DNA from: an uncultured Erysipelotrichaceae bacterium
Lineage (GTDB): Bacteria; Bacillota_I; Bacilli_A; RF39; UBA660
Length of the DNA stretch: 37,981 nt
NCBI GenBank assembly: GCA_902793315.1
Contig: CADBCT010000007.1
Location: 1 to 37,981, forward strand
Reading direction: 5' to 3'
In this document: positions 17,537 through 25,899 of the stretch, piece after piece
How the letters are laid out: each line of letters starts with the position of its first letter
Numbering within the stretch: the first letter of the stretch is position 1
The notes under the pieces: generated by a model
The model's input: the letters and a program-made list of their open reading frames with translations, nothing else
Databases searched by the model: none
What the model was told of the DNA's origin: nothing
Made by a program: the position numbers and the translations under genes

Positions 17537-18592
17537 ATGGTAATAGATAAAGATAATATAAAAATTCTTTTGATTATATTAGTACTAGGGCTAGGCATAG
17601 GATATGCCTATATTAATAGTGATCTAAATATCAATGGTACTGCTCAAGTAAATAGTGCTAACTGGGATGTACATTGGGCAAATGTTCAAATAACTAACGG
17701 ATCTGTATCAGGAACAAATGTAGTTACAGCACCTACAATATCTAATAGTACAACAGTTAATTATAGTATTATATTAAATACACCAGGAGATTATTATGAA
17801 TTTACTGTAGATGCAGTAAATGCTGGTACTATAGATGCAATGATAGATACTATAGATTCTAAATTAAATGGAGCAACTATCACAACATTACCAGATTATT
17901 TAAAATATACAGTAACATATTTAGATGGAGTAGCACTAGAACCAAATCATCAATTGCTACACAACACAATTGAAAAATACAAAGTAAGAATAGAATACAA
18001 TACTGATATAAATGCTAATCAATTACCAGCATCTAATCAAACATTAAGCCTACAATTTACTGTTACTTATAGGCAAGCTACTGAAAATGCAACAGAAGTA
18101 GAACGTGTAGTAGCAAAGTATACAGTAAGTAGTACACCAACAAACATAGGACAAGCGATACCAAATGGAATAACACAATATAGTAGTGCAGCAGAAGCAA
18201 TGGCAGCATTTTCAAACAGACCATACTATTTAAAACACACGATTCAAAGTGGAGTAGTAATAGAAAGTTATGTAGAGTTTGTAGTAACCTCGGCAATGGC
18301 AAATGCTAACTCAGGAATGACTGCTGGAACGTATTATTTAAGAGGGGCAGGATCAACATATAATTCTTCGACAAATAGTTATAATAATGATAGTCCATAC
18401 TATGAAAGTAATAAAGCAGTTTTATTAAGTGCTTTTGGAAGTGCAAATTGTACGGATTATACTTCCATTTTCCACTGTAGTGTGTCAGGATTGGATTCCA
18501 ATACCTATGCGAATGGCTATGTCTATGCGCACGACGGTCATTGGATCTGTGGTGTTAATAGTGATGGATCTTCTTCCTGCGTCAGCTTCTAA
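17537..18592 (+). CDS. Secreted or surface modular protein: signal peptide, shared beta-rich domain and Cys-framed variable-looking tip (candidate DGR target)
   Basis: Hydrophobic N-terminus ending GIGYAY; N-terminal module duplicated at 8792-9276; last 47 codons show anomalous NNY usage and four Cys. Confidence 0.8.
   Translation: MVIDKDNIKILLIILVLGLGIGYAYINSDLNINGTAQVNSANWDVHWANVQITNGSVSGTNVVTAPTISNSTTVNYSIILNTPGDYYEFTVDAVNAGTIDAMIDTIDSKLNGATITTLPDYLKYTVTYLDGVALEPNHQLLHNTIEKYKVRIEYNTDINANQLPASNQTLSLQFTVTYRQATENATEVERVVAKYTVSSTPTNIGQAIPNGITQYSSAAEAMAAFSNRPYYLKHTIQSGVVIESYVEFVVTSAMANANSGMTAGTYYLRGAGSTYNSSTNSYNNDSPYYESNKAVLLSAFGSANCTDYTSIFHCSVSGLDSNTYANGYVYAHDGHWICGVNSDGSSSCVSF
17588..18084 (+). 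repeat. Dispersed direct repeat, copy 2 (shared N-terminal module)
   Basis: Aligns with 8792-9276; similarity stops at YRQAT in both copies. Confidence 0.95.
18449..18592 (+). other. Candidate DGR variable region
   Basis: 38 of 47 codons end in C/T (15 in C) and only 3 in A; located at the 3' end of the gene. Confidence 0.6.
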
Positions 18593-18599
18593 TAATAGT

Positions 18600-18790
18600 T
18601 GATTCTCCAAGCCATAGATAGGTTCTTATAATAACCTGAGATCCACGATGGCTTGGCAATTGTGACAGGAAGATTATATTTGAAGATGGTTCCAAAAGAA
18701 GCGAAAACGAATTTAGGCACAGCAAAATCAAAAAAAGAAATACGACAGAATTGATTATTGGAGATTTTGCCATAGATAGAGTATTCCAAA
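18600..18790 (+). other. Structured non-coding element of unknown function
   Basis: CCAAGCCAT/ATGGCTTGG, AGGTT/AACCT and GCAAAATC/GATTTTGC stems; 11-bp direct repeat GCCATAGATAG. Confidence 0.5.
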
Positions 18791-18797
18791 ATAGTTC

Positions 18798-18831
18798 AAG
18801 AAATATTAGTCAATAATATTTCTTTTTCTTT
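18798..18831 (+). terminator. Intrinsic terminator
   Basis: AAGAAATATTA-gtcaa-TAATATTTCTT followed by a T-rich tract. Confidence 0.7.
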
Positions 18832-18860
18832 GGTATAATATAAATAGTGGAGGTGATACT

Positions 18861-21029
18861 TTGATAGTAGGTGTTTTAGTTGAGATTACTAATCGTAATG
18901 TAGATAAGATATTTGATTATAAAGTATCTGATAATTTAGTTGATGATATTAAAGTAGGAATCAGAGTATCAGTTCCTTTTGGTAGAATGACTCTTGAAGG
19001 TTTTGTTATGGAAATAAAGTCTTCTAGTGAGTTGGATGATTTAAAAGAAGTAATTGATATTGTAGATAAAGATGTAGTATTAAATGATGAATTATTAGAG
19101 TTAGGTAAGATTATTAGAGATAAGACTCTTGCTACTTTGATGTCTTGTTATCAGACTATGCTACCTAAAGCTTTAAAACTTAAAGCTAAAAAGAATAATA
19201 CAATTAATATTAAATATGATACTTATTATAGTTTAGGTACTGTAGAAGGTAAGTTTAATGATAATCAATTAAAGATAATAGATTTGGTTAAAGAAAAAGG
19301 TAAAGTAATAAGAAAAGAACTTGCTGATATTTCTCTTAGTAGTGTTAACACTCTTGTTAAAAAGGGAGTACTTATAGAAGAGAAAATAGAACATTACCGA
19401 GTAGATTATAAAGAAGAAAGTAGAGAAATAAAGAAGCTAACTCCTGATCAAGAGTCTTGTGTTAATAGTGTTATTAATGGTACTGATAAAGCTTATTTAT
19501 TATATGGAGTTACTGGTTCTGGTAAGACAGAAGTATATATGGAGATAATTGATCATTACTTAAAGAAGGGTAAGACTAGTATTGTTTTAGTTCCTGAAAT
19601 TAGTTTAACTCCCCAAATGATAAATCGTTTTCAAGTACGTTTCGGTAATAAAATAGCAGCTATTCATTCTGCTCTTAGTGATGGAGAAAAGTATGATGAA
19701 TGGAGAAGAATATATCGCGGAGAAGCATCTATTGTTATAGGGGCTAGAAGTGCTATATTTGCTCCTCTTAATAATCTTGGAGTAATTATAGTTGATGAGG
19801 AACATAGTGATTCATATAAACAAAGTGATCCTAGTCCTAGATATAGTGCTAAAGAGATAGCTTTGATTAGAGGAGAAACTAATCATGCTCCTGTAGTATT
19901 TGGAAGTGCTACTCCATCACTTGAAGCCATGGCTAGAGCCAAAAAAGGAGTATTTAAATTGCTTGAATTACCTAATCGTATTAATGGTAAAAAATTACCT
20001 GAAGTAGAAATAGTTGATATGAATAAAAATTTAGGTAAAAGTAAAGGCTACTTTTCACCCAGTTTAATTGAATCAATTAGTAATTGCTTAAAAAGAAATG
20101 AACAAGTAATTCTTTTACTTAATCGTCGTGGGTATGCTTCTTTTGTTAGTTGTAAGAACTGTGGTTATACTTTTAAGTGCCCTAATTGTGATATTACTTT
20201 GACTTTCCATAAGAGTAGTAATACTTTAAGATGCCATTACTGTGGACATGGAGGAAAGGTATATAGTAAATGTCCCGAATGTGGAGAATCTTCTTTAAGT
20301 AATTTAGGAGTAGGTACGCAAAAGATTGAAGAGGAATTATTAAAGCAATTTCCTACTAGTAAAATAGTTAGAATGGACTTTGATACTACTAGTAAGAAAG
20401 GTATGCATGAGAAGATAATTGAATCATTTAAAAATCATGAATATGATATTCTTCTTGGTACTCAAATGGTATCTAAAGGATTAGATTTTGCTGATGTTAC
20501 TTTAGTAGGAGTTATTAATGCTGATACATCACTTAATATTCCTGATTTTAGAAGTAGTGAAAATACATTCTCATTACTTGATCAAGTTGCTGGTAGAAGT
20601 GGTCGTAGTGAAAAGGAAGGTAAAGTTATTATACAAACTTTTAATCCTGAACATTATGCAATTAAATTAGTTAGAAATCACGATTATTTAGCTTTTTATG
20701 AAGAAGAAATGAATATTAGAAGAAAACTTAAATATCCACCATATTATTATTTATGTAATATTAGAATTAGTGGTAAAGATACTAATTATTTACTTAATGA
20801 AGCTAATAAAATAAAAAGAAGTTTAGAAAGAAACTTAACTTCTACAATAATTCTAGGACCTAGCAATGCTAGTATCTTTAAGATGAATAATACATATCGT
20901 TATAATATTTTATTGAAATACAAACAAGATGATTTATTAATTCCATTACTTAATAAAATATTAGAACATTACAAAACTAATAGTAAAGTAAAGATCGATA
21001 TTGACTTTAATCCTAGTCAAATGCTTTAA
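18861..21029 (+). CDS. priA: Primosomal protein N' (replication restart helicase)
   Basis: GVTGSGKTEVY, DEEH, four CxxC pairs, QVAGRSGR; TTG start behind GGAGGTGA. Confidence 0.98.
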   Translation: MIVGVLVEITNRNVDKIFDYKVSDNLVDDIKVGIRVSVPFGRMTLEGFVMEIKSSSELDDLKEVIDIVDKDVVLNDELLELGKIIRDKTLATLMSCYQTMLPKALKLKAKKNNTINIKYDTYYSLGTVEGKFNDNQLKIIDLVKEKGKVIRKELADISLSSVNTLVKKGVLIEEKIEHYRVDYKEESREIKKLTPDQESCVNSVINGTDKAYLLYGVTGSGKTEVYMEIIDHYLKKGKTSIVLVPEISLTPQMINRFQVRFGNKIAAIHSALSDGEKYDEWRRIYRGEASIVIGARSAIFAPLNNLGVIIVDEEHSDSYKQSDPSPRYSAKEIALIRGETNHAPVVFGSATPSLEAMARAKKGVFKLLELPNRINGKKLPEVEIVDMNKNLGKSKGYFSPSLIESISNCLKRNEQVILLLNRRGYASFVSCKNCGYTFKCPNCDITLTFHKSSNTLRCHYCGHGGKVYSKCPECGESSLSNLGVGTQKIEEELLKQFPTSKIVRMDFDTTSKKGMHEKIIESFKNHEYDILLGTQMVSKGLDFADVTLVGVINADTSLNIPDFRSSENTFSLLDQVAGRSGRSEKEGKVIIQTFNPEHYAIKLVRNHDYLAFYEEEMNIRRKLKYPPYYYLCNIRISGKDTNYLLNEANKIKRSLERNLTSTIILGPSNASIFKMNNTYRYNILLKYKQDDLLIPLLNKILEHYKTNSKVKIDIDFNPSQML

Positions 21030-21063
21030 AATATGGTATTCTTATATAAGATAGAGGTGTGTT

Positions 21064-21261
21064 ATGGATAACGAAAATAAAGAATTAGAGGTTAATAAAG
21101 AGAAGAGAGAAGAATATGAAAAGTTAATGCAAGATTCTTCTACTCAATTAGAAGGATATTATGATAAAAAGAATCCTTTTGTAATATTACTATTATTAAT
21201 TTTAGGATCAATAATAATTTTAGGCGTTATTTACTATGTTGTAGCTTATTTTAGATTATAA
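21064..21261 (+). CDS. Small protein with a C-terminal membrane helix
   Basis: GAGGTG RBS; acidic N-terminus followed by a hydrophobic helix. Confidence 0.65.
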   Translation: MDNENKELEVNKEKREEYEKLMQDSSTQLEGYYDKKNPFVILLLLILGSIIILGVIYYVVAYFRL

Positions 21262-21295
21262 AAAACAAATTAAAAGATTGATAGGAGGTGATAAA

Positions 21296-22474
21296 GTGTT
21301 AGAAGAATTGTTGATTAGAGAAGATGTTCGTAATTTTATTGGTGAATTAAAGAATAATGATCGTTATTTTGCTAAAGAATTAAAAAGTTTTGCTGATCGT
21401 AAAATTACTATTAGTAATGAACTAGCACTTTATATTTTCTATGAATCTTTATATAAGTATTCATTACTATTTGATGAAGTATATTTATTTGATGAATTTA
21501 TGGAGCAACTAGATAGACTATATAAAAAGATTGATAATTATGAAGATATTATTGTAGGTATAAATAAATTATTGTGTAAATTAATTACATTTAAACTAGA
21601 TATTAAAGATACTAAAAAATCTGAATCTAAGCAGATAATTGTTGAATATATTTATAATAAATATATAGTTAATGGCTATTATGTCCATGGTTTTAATACT
21701 AGCTATACTGAAAGTATTAAAGAAAATGGCTTTGATCCTGAAAACTATGAAAATTATTATGATAAATTTACTAAATTAAATGAAATTTTTGCTAAGTATA
21801 ACGTTAACAATATAATTGAGAAAGATTTTACTAAAAAGGATGTAACATTTACTGATGATTTCTTAATGGGCTGTTATTATTCAATTTATGGACCTAGTTT
21901 TTTTTCAAGCTTCCTAGCTAATGAAGAATATTTTGGCAAAAGATCTAGACAAGATGGTTATTTGATAGATGATTATGATGTTACGATACGCTATTTGAAA
22001 AGGTTTATGAGTAATAATTTATTTAATGAAAATGATAAAAAATATATTTTAGATTTAGTAAAAGATGAATGGGATTTATTACATAGAGAAGATAAGAAAG
22101 TTAGTTTATTATTAGTAAAAAGAAATGAATTTAAAGATAAGAATATTGATATAAATGATTATCTTAATAGTGATGAAGATATTTATGATATTGCAGATAG
22201 ATTATTAAGTTCTAAGAAGAGTAGAATTATGTGTACTGAAGTAATACCGAAAGAAAATGTTTATATTGTTACTTTAGATGCTTATTATAGTGAAAAGAAT
22301 AAAAAAAGTGTAGAAGATGAACATCAAGAAGAGCTTGAACTGGCTAAATTAGAACAAGACAACAAAGAATTTATGGATACTTATGGTTCAGTATCAGTTT
22401 TATTAATTGCTGGAGCATTATTAATTACATTAGGGGTTATTATTACAATATTTATGATAATAAGAGGGATATAG
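21296..22474 (+). CDS. Hypothetical tail-anchored protein, possible ADP-ribosyltransferase-like motif
   Basis: GTG start behind AGGAGGTGA; YVHGFN....SIKENGFDP; C-terminal TM helix. Confidence 0.65.
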   Translation: MLEELLIREDVRNFIGELKNNDRYFAKELKSFADRKITISNELALYIFYESLYKYSLLFDEVYLFDEFMEQLDRLYKKIDNYEDIIVGINKLLCKLITFKLDIKDTKKSESKQIIVEYIYNKYIVNGYYVHGFNTSYTESIKENGFDPENYENYYDKFTKLNEIFAKYNVNNIIEKDFTKKDVTFTDDFLMGCYYSIYGPSFFSSFLANEEYFGKRSRQDGYLIDDYDVTIRYLKRFMSNNLFNENDKKYILDLVKDEWDLLHREDKKVSLLLVKRNEFKDKNIDINDYLNSDEDIYDIADRLLSSKKSRIMCTEVIPKENVYIVTLDAYYSEKNKKSVEDEHQEELELAKLEQDNKEFMDTYGSVSVLLIAGALLITLGVIITIFMIIRGI

Positions 22475-23401
22475 ATGAAAGTTATATTTATGGGAACACC
22501 AGATTTTGCTGTTCCAGTACTTGAAGGTTTAATCGAAAACTATGAAGTTATTTTAGTAGTTAGTCAACCAGATAAAAGAGTAGGTAGAAAGCAAGAATTA
22601 AAAAATACTCCTATTAAGGAAGTAGCTCTTAAGCATAATATTCCTGTATTTCAACCAATTAAAATTAGAGAAGATTATGATGAGATAATAAAGTTAAATC
22701 CAGATATAATAGTAACATGTGCTTATGGTCAAATAATTCCAAAAGTAATTTTAGATTGTCCTAAACTTGGATGTATTAATGTACATGCATCTTTACTTCC
22801 TAAATTAAGGGGAGGAGCTCCTATACATAAAGCCATTATTGATGGTTATAAGACTACTGGTATTACTATTATGTATATGGATGTTAAGATGGATGATGGA
22901 GATATTATTAGTCAAAAAGAAATAGAAATACTAGATAGTGATAATTTAGAATCTTTACATGATAAATTAAGTGTTTTAGGTAAAGAATTATTACTTGAAA
23001 CATTACCTAGTATTATAAATGGTACTAATGAAAGAATTAAGCAAGATGAAGCTGAAGTGACTTTTGCTTATAATATAAAAAGAGAAGAAGAACATATTGA
23101 TTTTAATAAAAGTACTAGAGAAGTATTTAATTTAATTAGGGGTTTATCTCCAGTGCCAGGAGCTAATGCTATTTTATTTGGTGGAGAAATGAAAATATAT
23201 GATTCTATTATTAGTGATAAAGAATATAAAGGTATTAATGGTGAAATAGTAGATATTACTAAACAAGGTATCGTTGTAAAAACTAATGATGGATCTATTA
23301 TCATAACTAAAATAAAGCCATTTGGTAAAAAGATGATGGATAGTAATAGTTATGTTAATGGTATAGGTAAGGATAAATTATTAGGTAAGGTGTTTGAATG
23401 A
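22475..23401 (+). CDS. fmt: Methionyl-tRNA formyltransferase
   Basis: FMGTPDFAV, SQPD, AYGQI, INVHASLLP..RGGAPI. Confidence 0.98.
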   Translation: MKVIFMGTPDFAVPVLEGLIENYEVILVVSQPDKRVGRKQELKNTPIKEVALKHNIPVFQPIKIREDYDEIIKLNPDIIVTCAYGQIIPKVILDCPKLGCINVHASLLPKLRGGAPIHKAIIDGYKTTGITIMYMDVKMDDGDIISQKEIEILDSDNLESLHDKLSVLGKELLLETLPSIINGTNERIKQDEAEVTFAYNIKREEEHIDFNKSTREVFNLIRGLSPVPGANAILFGGEMKIYDSIISDKEYKGINGEIVDITKQGIVVKTNDGSIIITKIKPFGKKMMDSNSYVNGIGKDKLLGKVFE

Positions 23402-24084
23402 AACAAGTTATAGGATTAATTAGAGAAATGTATAAAACTCCTCGAGGAAAAGGAATTCTTTTCTTTGGCTTTTATTTTCTTATCTTTTTAATTCTAATAA
23501 TTATTTTTAAATTTAGTGGTGATGGACAATATCATGAAAAAGATTATGAACTAGGAAATTCTTATTCTTTTAATACTAGTTATGTAGAAAATAATAATTA
23601 TCACTTTGAGTATATAATTACTAAAGATAATACTAAATATGTCTATGTTGGAGATAGATATGATGACAAAGAATTATTCACTTTTAACAATAAAGAGTAT
23701 TATTTTGATGGTAATAAGTATTATGTAGATGATAAAGAAGTAGTTAATCCGTATTTGTATTCTAAATTCATTGATTTCAATAATACTAAAAGTTTATTAG
23801 AAATGGCTACCTATGATTCTAAAACTAGTTATGAAAGTGGTGTTACTAAATATAATTTCTTATTATCTAGTAATACTATTAATAGTATTTTTGATAATAA
23901 AGAAACAGATATTGATGAAGAGCCTAATAGTATAACTATTAGTACTAGTAATAATAGTGTTATGGATGAAATAACTTATCATTTAGATAGTTATTGTGAC
24001 TATGAAAAAGACTGTAATAATAAATTGGAAATAAGTCTTAATTATAGTAAGTTTGGTGAAATAAAAGAGATAGTTAATAATTAA
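23398..24084 (+). CDS. Membrane-anchored hypothetical protein
   Basis: N-terminal TM helix; ATGA overlap with fmt; terminator AGATAGTTA/TAACTATCT at its end. Confidence 0.7.
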   Translation: MKQVIGLIREMYKTPRGKGILFFGFYFLIFLILIIIFKFSGDGQYHEKDYELGNSYSFNTSYVENNNYHFEYIITKDNTKYVYVGDRYDDKELFTFNNKEYYFDGNKYYVDDKEVVNPYLYSKFIDFNNTKSLLEMATYDSKTSYESGVTKYNFLLSSNTINSIFDNKETDIDEEPNSITISTSNNSVMDEITYHLDSYCDYEKDCNNKLEISLNYSKFGEIKEIVNN

Positions 24085-24133
24085 CTATCTTTTTCTTTAT
24101 TATGATATAATATAATTACTTGGAAGTGGTAAG

Positions 24134-25156
24134 ATGACTAGTATTTATAATTTAACTAGAGAAGATTTAGAAAAGTACTTTTTAAGTATTAATTCTAAGA
24201 AATTTCATGCTGATCAATTATTTGATTGGTTATATGTAAAAAGAGTAAAATCTTTTGATGATGTTACTAATATTAAGAAAGAAGTACTTGAAGAAATAAA
24301 AAAGAATTATATTCTAAATAATATTAAAATAGTTAATGTAGAAAAAGATCAAGATGTTCATAAGTATTTGTTTGAACTTAATGATGGAGAACATATAGAA
24401 GCAGTTTTAATGTTCCATGACTATGGTACTAGTGTTTGTATCTCATCTCAAGTTGGTTGTAATATGGGTTGTAAGTTCTGTGAATCTGGACGAAGAAAGA
24501 AAGTTAGAAATCTTGAAGTATCAGAAATGGTCTTACAAATATTATTAATTGAAGAAGAATTAGGTAGTAGAATTAGTCATGTAGTAGTTATGGGTATTGG
24601 AGAACCATTCGATAATTATGATAATTTAATTAAATTCTTTAGAATTATTAATGATCCTAAAGGAATAAGTATAGGGGCTAGACATATTACTGTTAGTACT
24701 TGTGGTATAGTTCCTAAGATATTAGAATTTAGTGATTTAGATATGCAGATTAATTTAGCTATTAGTTTGCATGCTCCTAATGATGAATTAAGAAATAAGA
24801 TTATGCCTATTAATAAAGCTTATCCTTTGAAAGAATTAATGGATGCTTTAAAGATATATTTAAAAAAGACTAATAGAAGACTTACTTTTGAATATATTTT
24901 ATTGAAAGATGTTAATGATAGTGAAGATTGTGCTTTAGAATTAGTTAAATTAGTTAAAGGTCTTAATTGTTATATTAATTTAATTCCTTATAATGAAACT
25001 AATAATATTGATTTTAAGAGAACAAATACTATTCAAATTATGAGATTTTATGATATACTTAAAAAGAATAGTATCGGAGTTACAATCAGAAAAGAATTTG
25101 GTGGCAAAATAAGTGCTGCTTGTGGGCAACTTAGAAGTAAAAAGGAGGAACTATGA
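24134..25156 (+). CDS. rlmN: 23S rRNA A2503 / tRNA A37 C2-methyltransferase RlmN
   Basis: SSQVGCNMGCKFC, MGIGEP, SLHA, NLIPYN, AACGQL. Confidence 0.97.
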   Translation: MTSIYNLTREDLEKYFLSINSKKFHADQLFDWLYVKRVKSFDDVTNIKKEVLEEIKKNYILNNIKIVNVEKDQDVHKYLFELNDGEHIEAVLMFHDYGTSVCISSQVGCNMGCKFCESGRRKKVRNLEVSEMVLQILLIEEELGSRISHVVVMGIGEPFDNYDNLIKFFRIINDPKGISIGARHITVSTCGIVPKILEFSDLDMQINLAISLHAPNDELRNKIMPINKAYPLKELMDALKIYLKKTNRRLTFEYILLKDVNDSEDCALELVKLVKGLNCYINLIPYNETNNIDFKRTNTIQIMRFYDILKKNSIGVTIRKEFGGKISAACGQLRSKKEEL

Positions 25157-25899
25157 AATCATTTTATTTAACTGATGCGGGTATGGTTAGGGACCATAAC
25201 GAAGATAGTGTAATAATAGTTAAGAATGATGAGGGTAGTGTATTAATGGCAATTGCAGATGGAATGGGTGGTCATTCTGCGGGAGAAGTTGCTTCTTCTA
25301 TTGCAATTAGTTATTTGGGAAAACATTTTAAAGAATCTTTTCGTAATATGAGTAAGGTTGATGCAGTTAACTGGATAAGGGATTCTGTTGATGAAATTAA
25401 TACTTTAATTTTTCAATATGAAAAAAATCATCCTGAAAGTAAAGGAATGGGTACTACTTTAGTTTCAGCAATTTTAACTAAAGATTTTTTGCTGTTTGGT
25501 AATGTAGGAGATTCAAGTGGTTTTGTGATGAAAGATAATAATCTTCACAAAGTTACTTATGATCATACTTTAGTTAATTTATTGGTTAGTGCTGGTGAAT
25601 TAACTAAAGAAGAAGCTAGTGTTCATCCGAAAAAGAATGTGTTGATGAAAGCATTAGGAACAACAGCTGAGGTTGATATTGATATTTTTGATTGTGATAT
25701 GGAGATTACTGAAATACTATTATCCAGTGATGGACTTACTGGAATGTTAGATCGTGAACATATCGAGAAAGTTCTATTAGGAGAAGGTACAGTTGAAGAA
25801 AAAGTAAATAGATTAATTAGTAAGGCTAATAATAGGGGTGGAACAGATAATATTTCGGTTGCTTATTTGGTTCGTACAGAAGAAGGTGAAGACAAGTGA
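25153..25899 (+). CDS. stp: PP2C-type Ser/Thr phosphatase (Stp1/PrpC)
   Basis: RDHNED, ADGMGGH..GEVAS, GMGTT, VGDS, SDGL, GGTDN. Confidence 0.94.
   Translation: MKSFYLTDAGMVRDHNEDSVIIVKNDEGSVLMAIADGMGGHSAGEVASSIAISYLGKHFKESFRNMSKVDAVNWIRDSVDEINTLIFQYEKNHPESKGMGTTLVSAILTKDFLLFGNVGDSSGFVMKDNNLHKVTYDHTLVNLLVSAGELTKEEASVHPKKNVLMKALGTTAEVDIDIFDCDMEITEILLSSDGLTGMLDREHIEKVLLGEGTVEEKVNRLISKANNRGGTDNISVAYLVRTEEGEDK

Noticed and set aside
18607-18720. HDV-like or hammerhead ribozyme, or 6S RNA
   Set aside because: TCCACG, CTGAGA and GAAA fragments occur, but I could not build the nested pseudoknot, the CUGANGA core or a full-length 6S rod.
18582-18789. Two short minus-strand ORFs (63 and 66 aa)
   Set aside because: No RBS or recognisable motif, and they overlap each other and the structured element.
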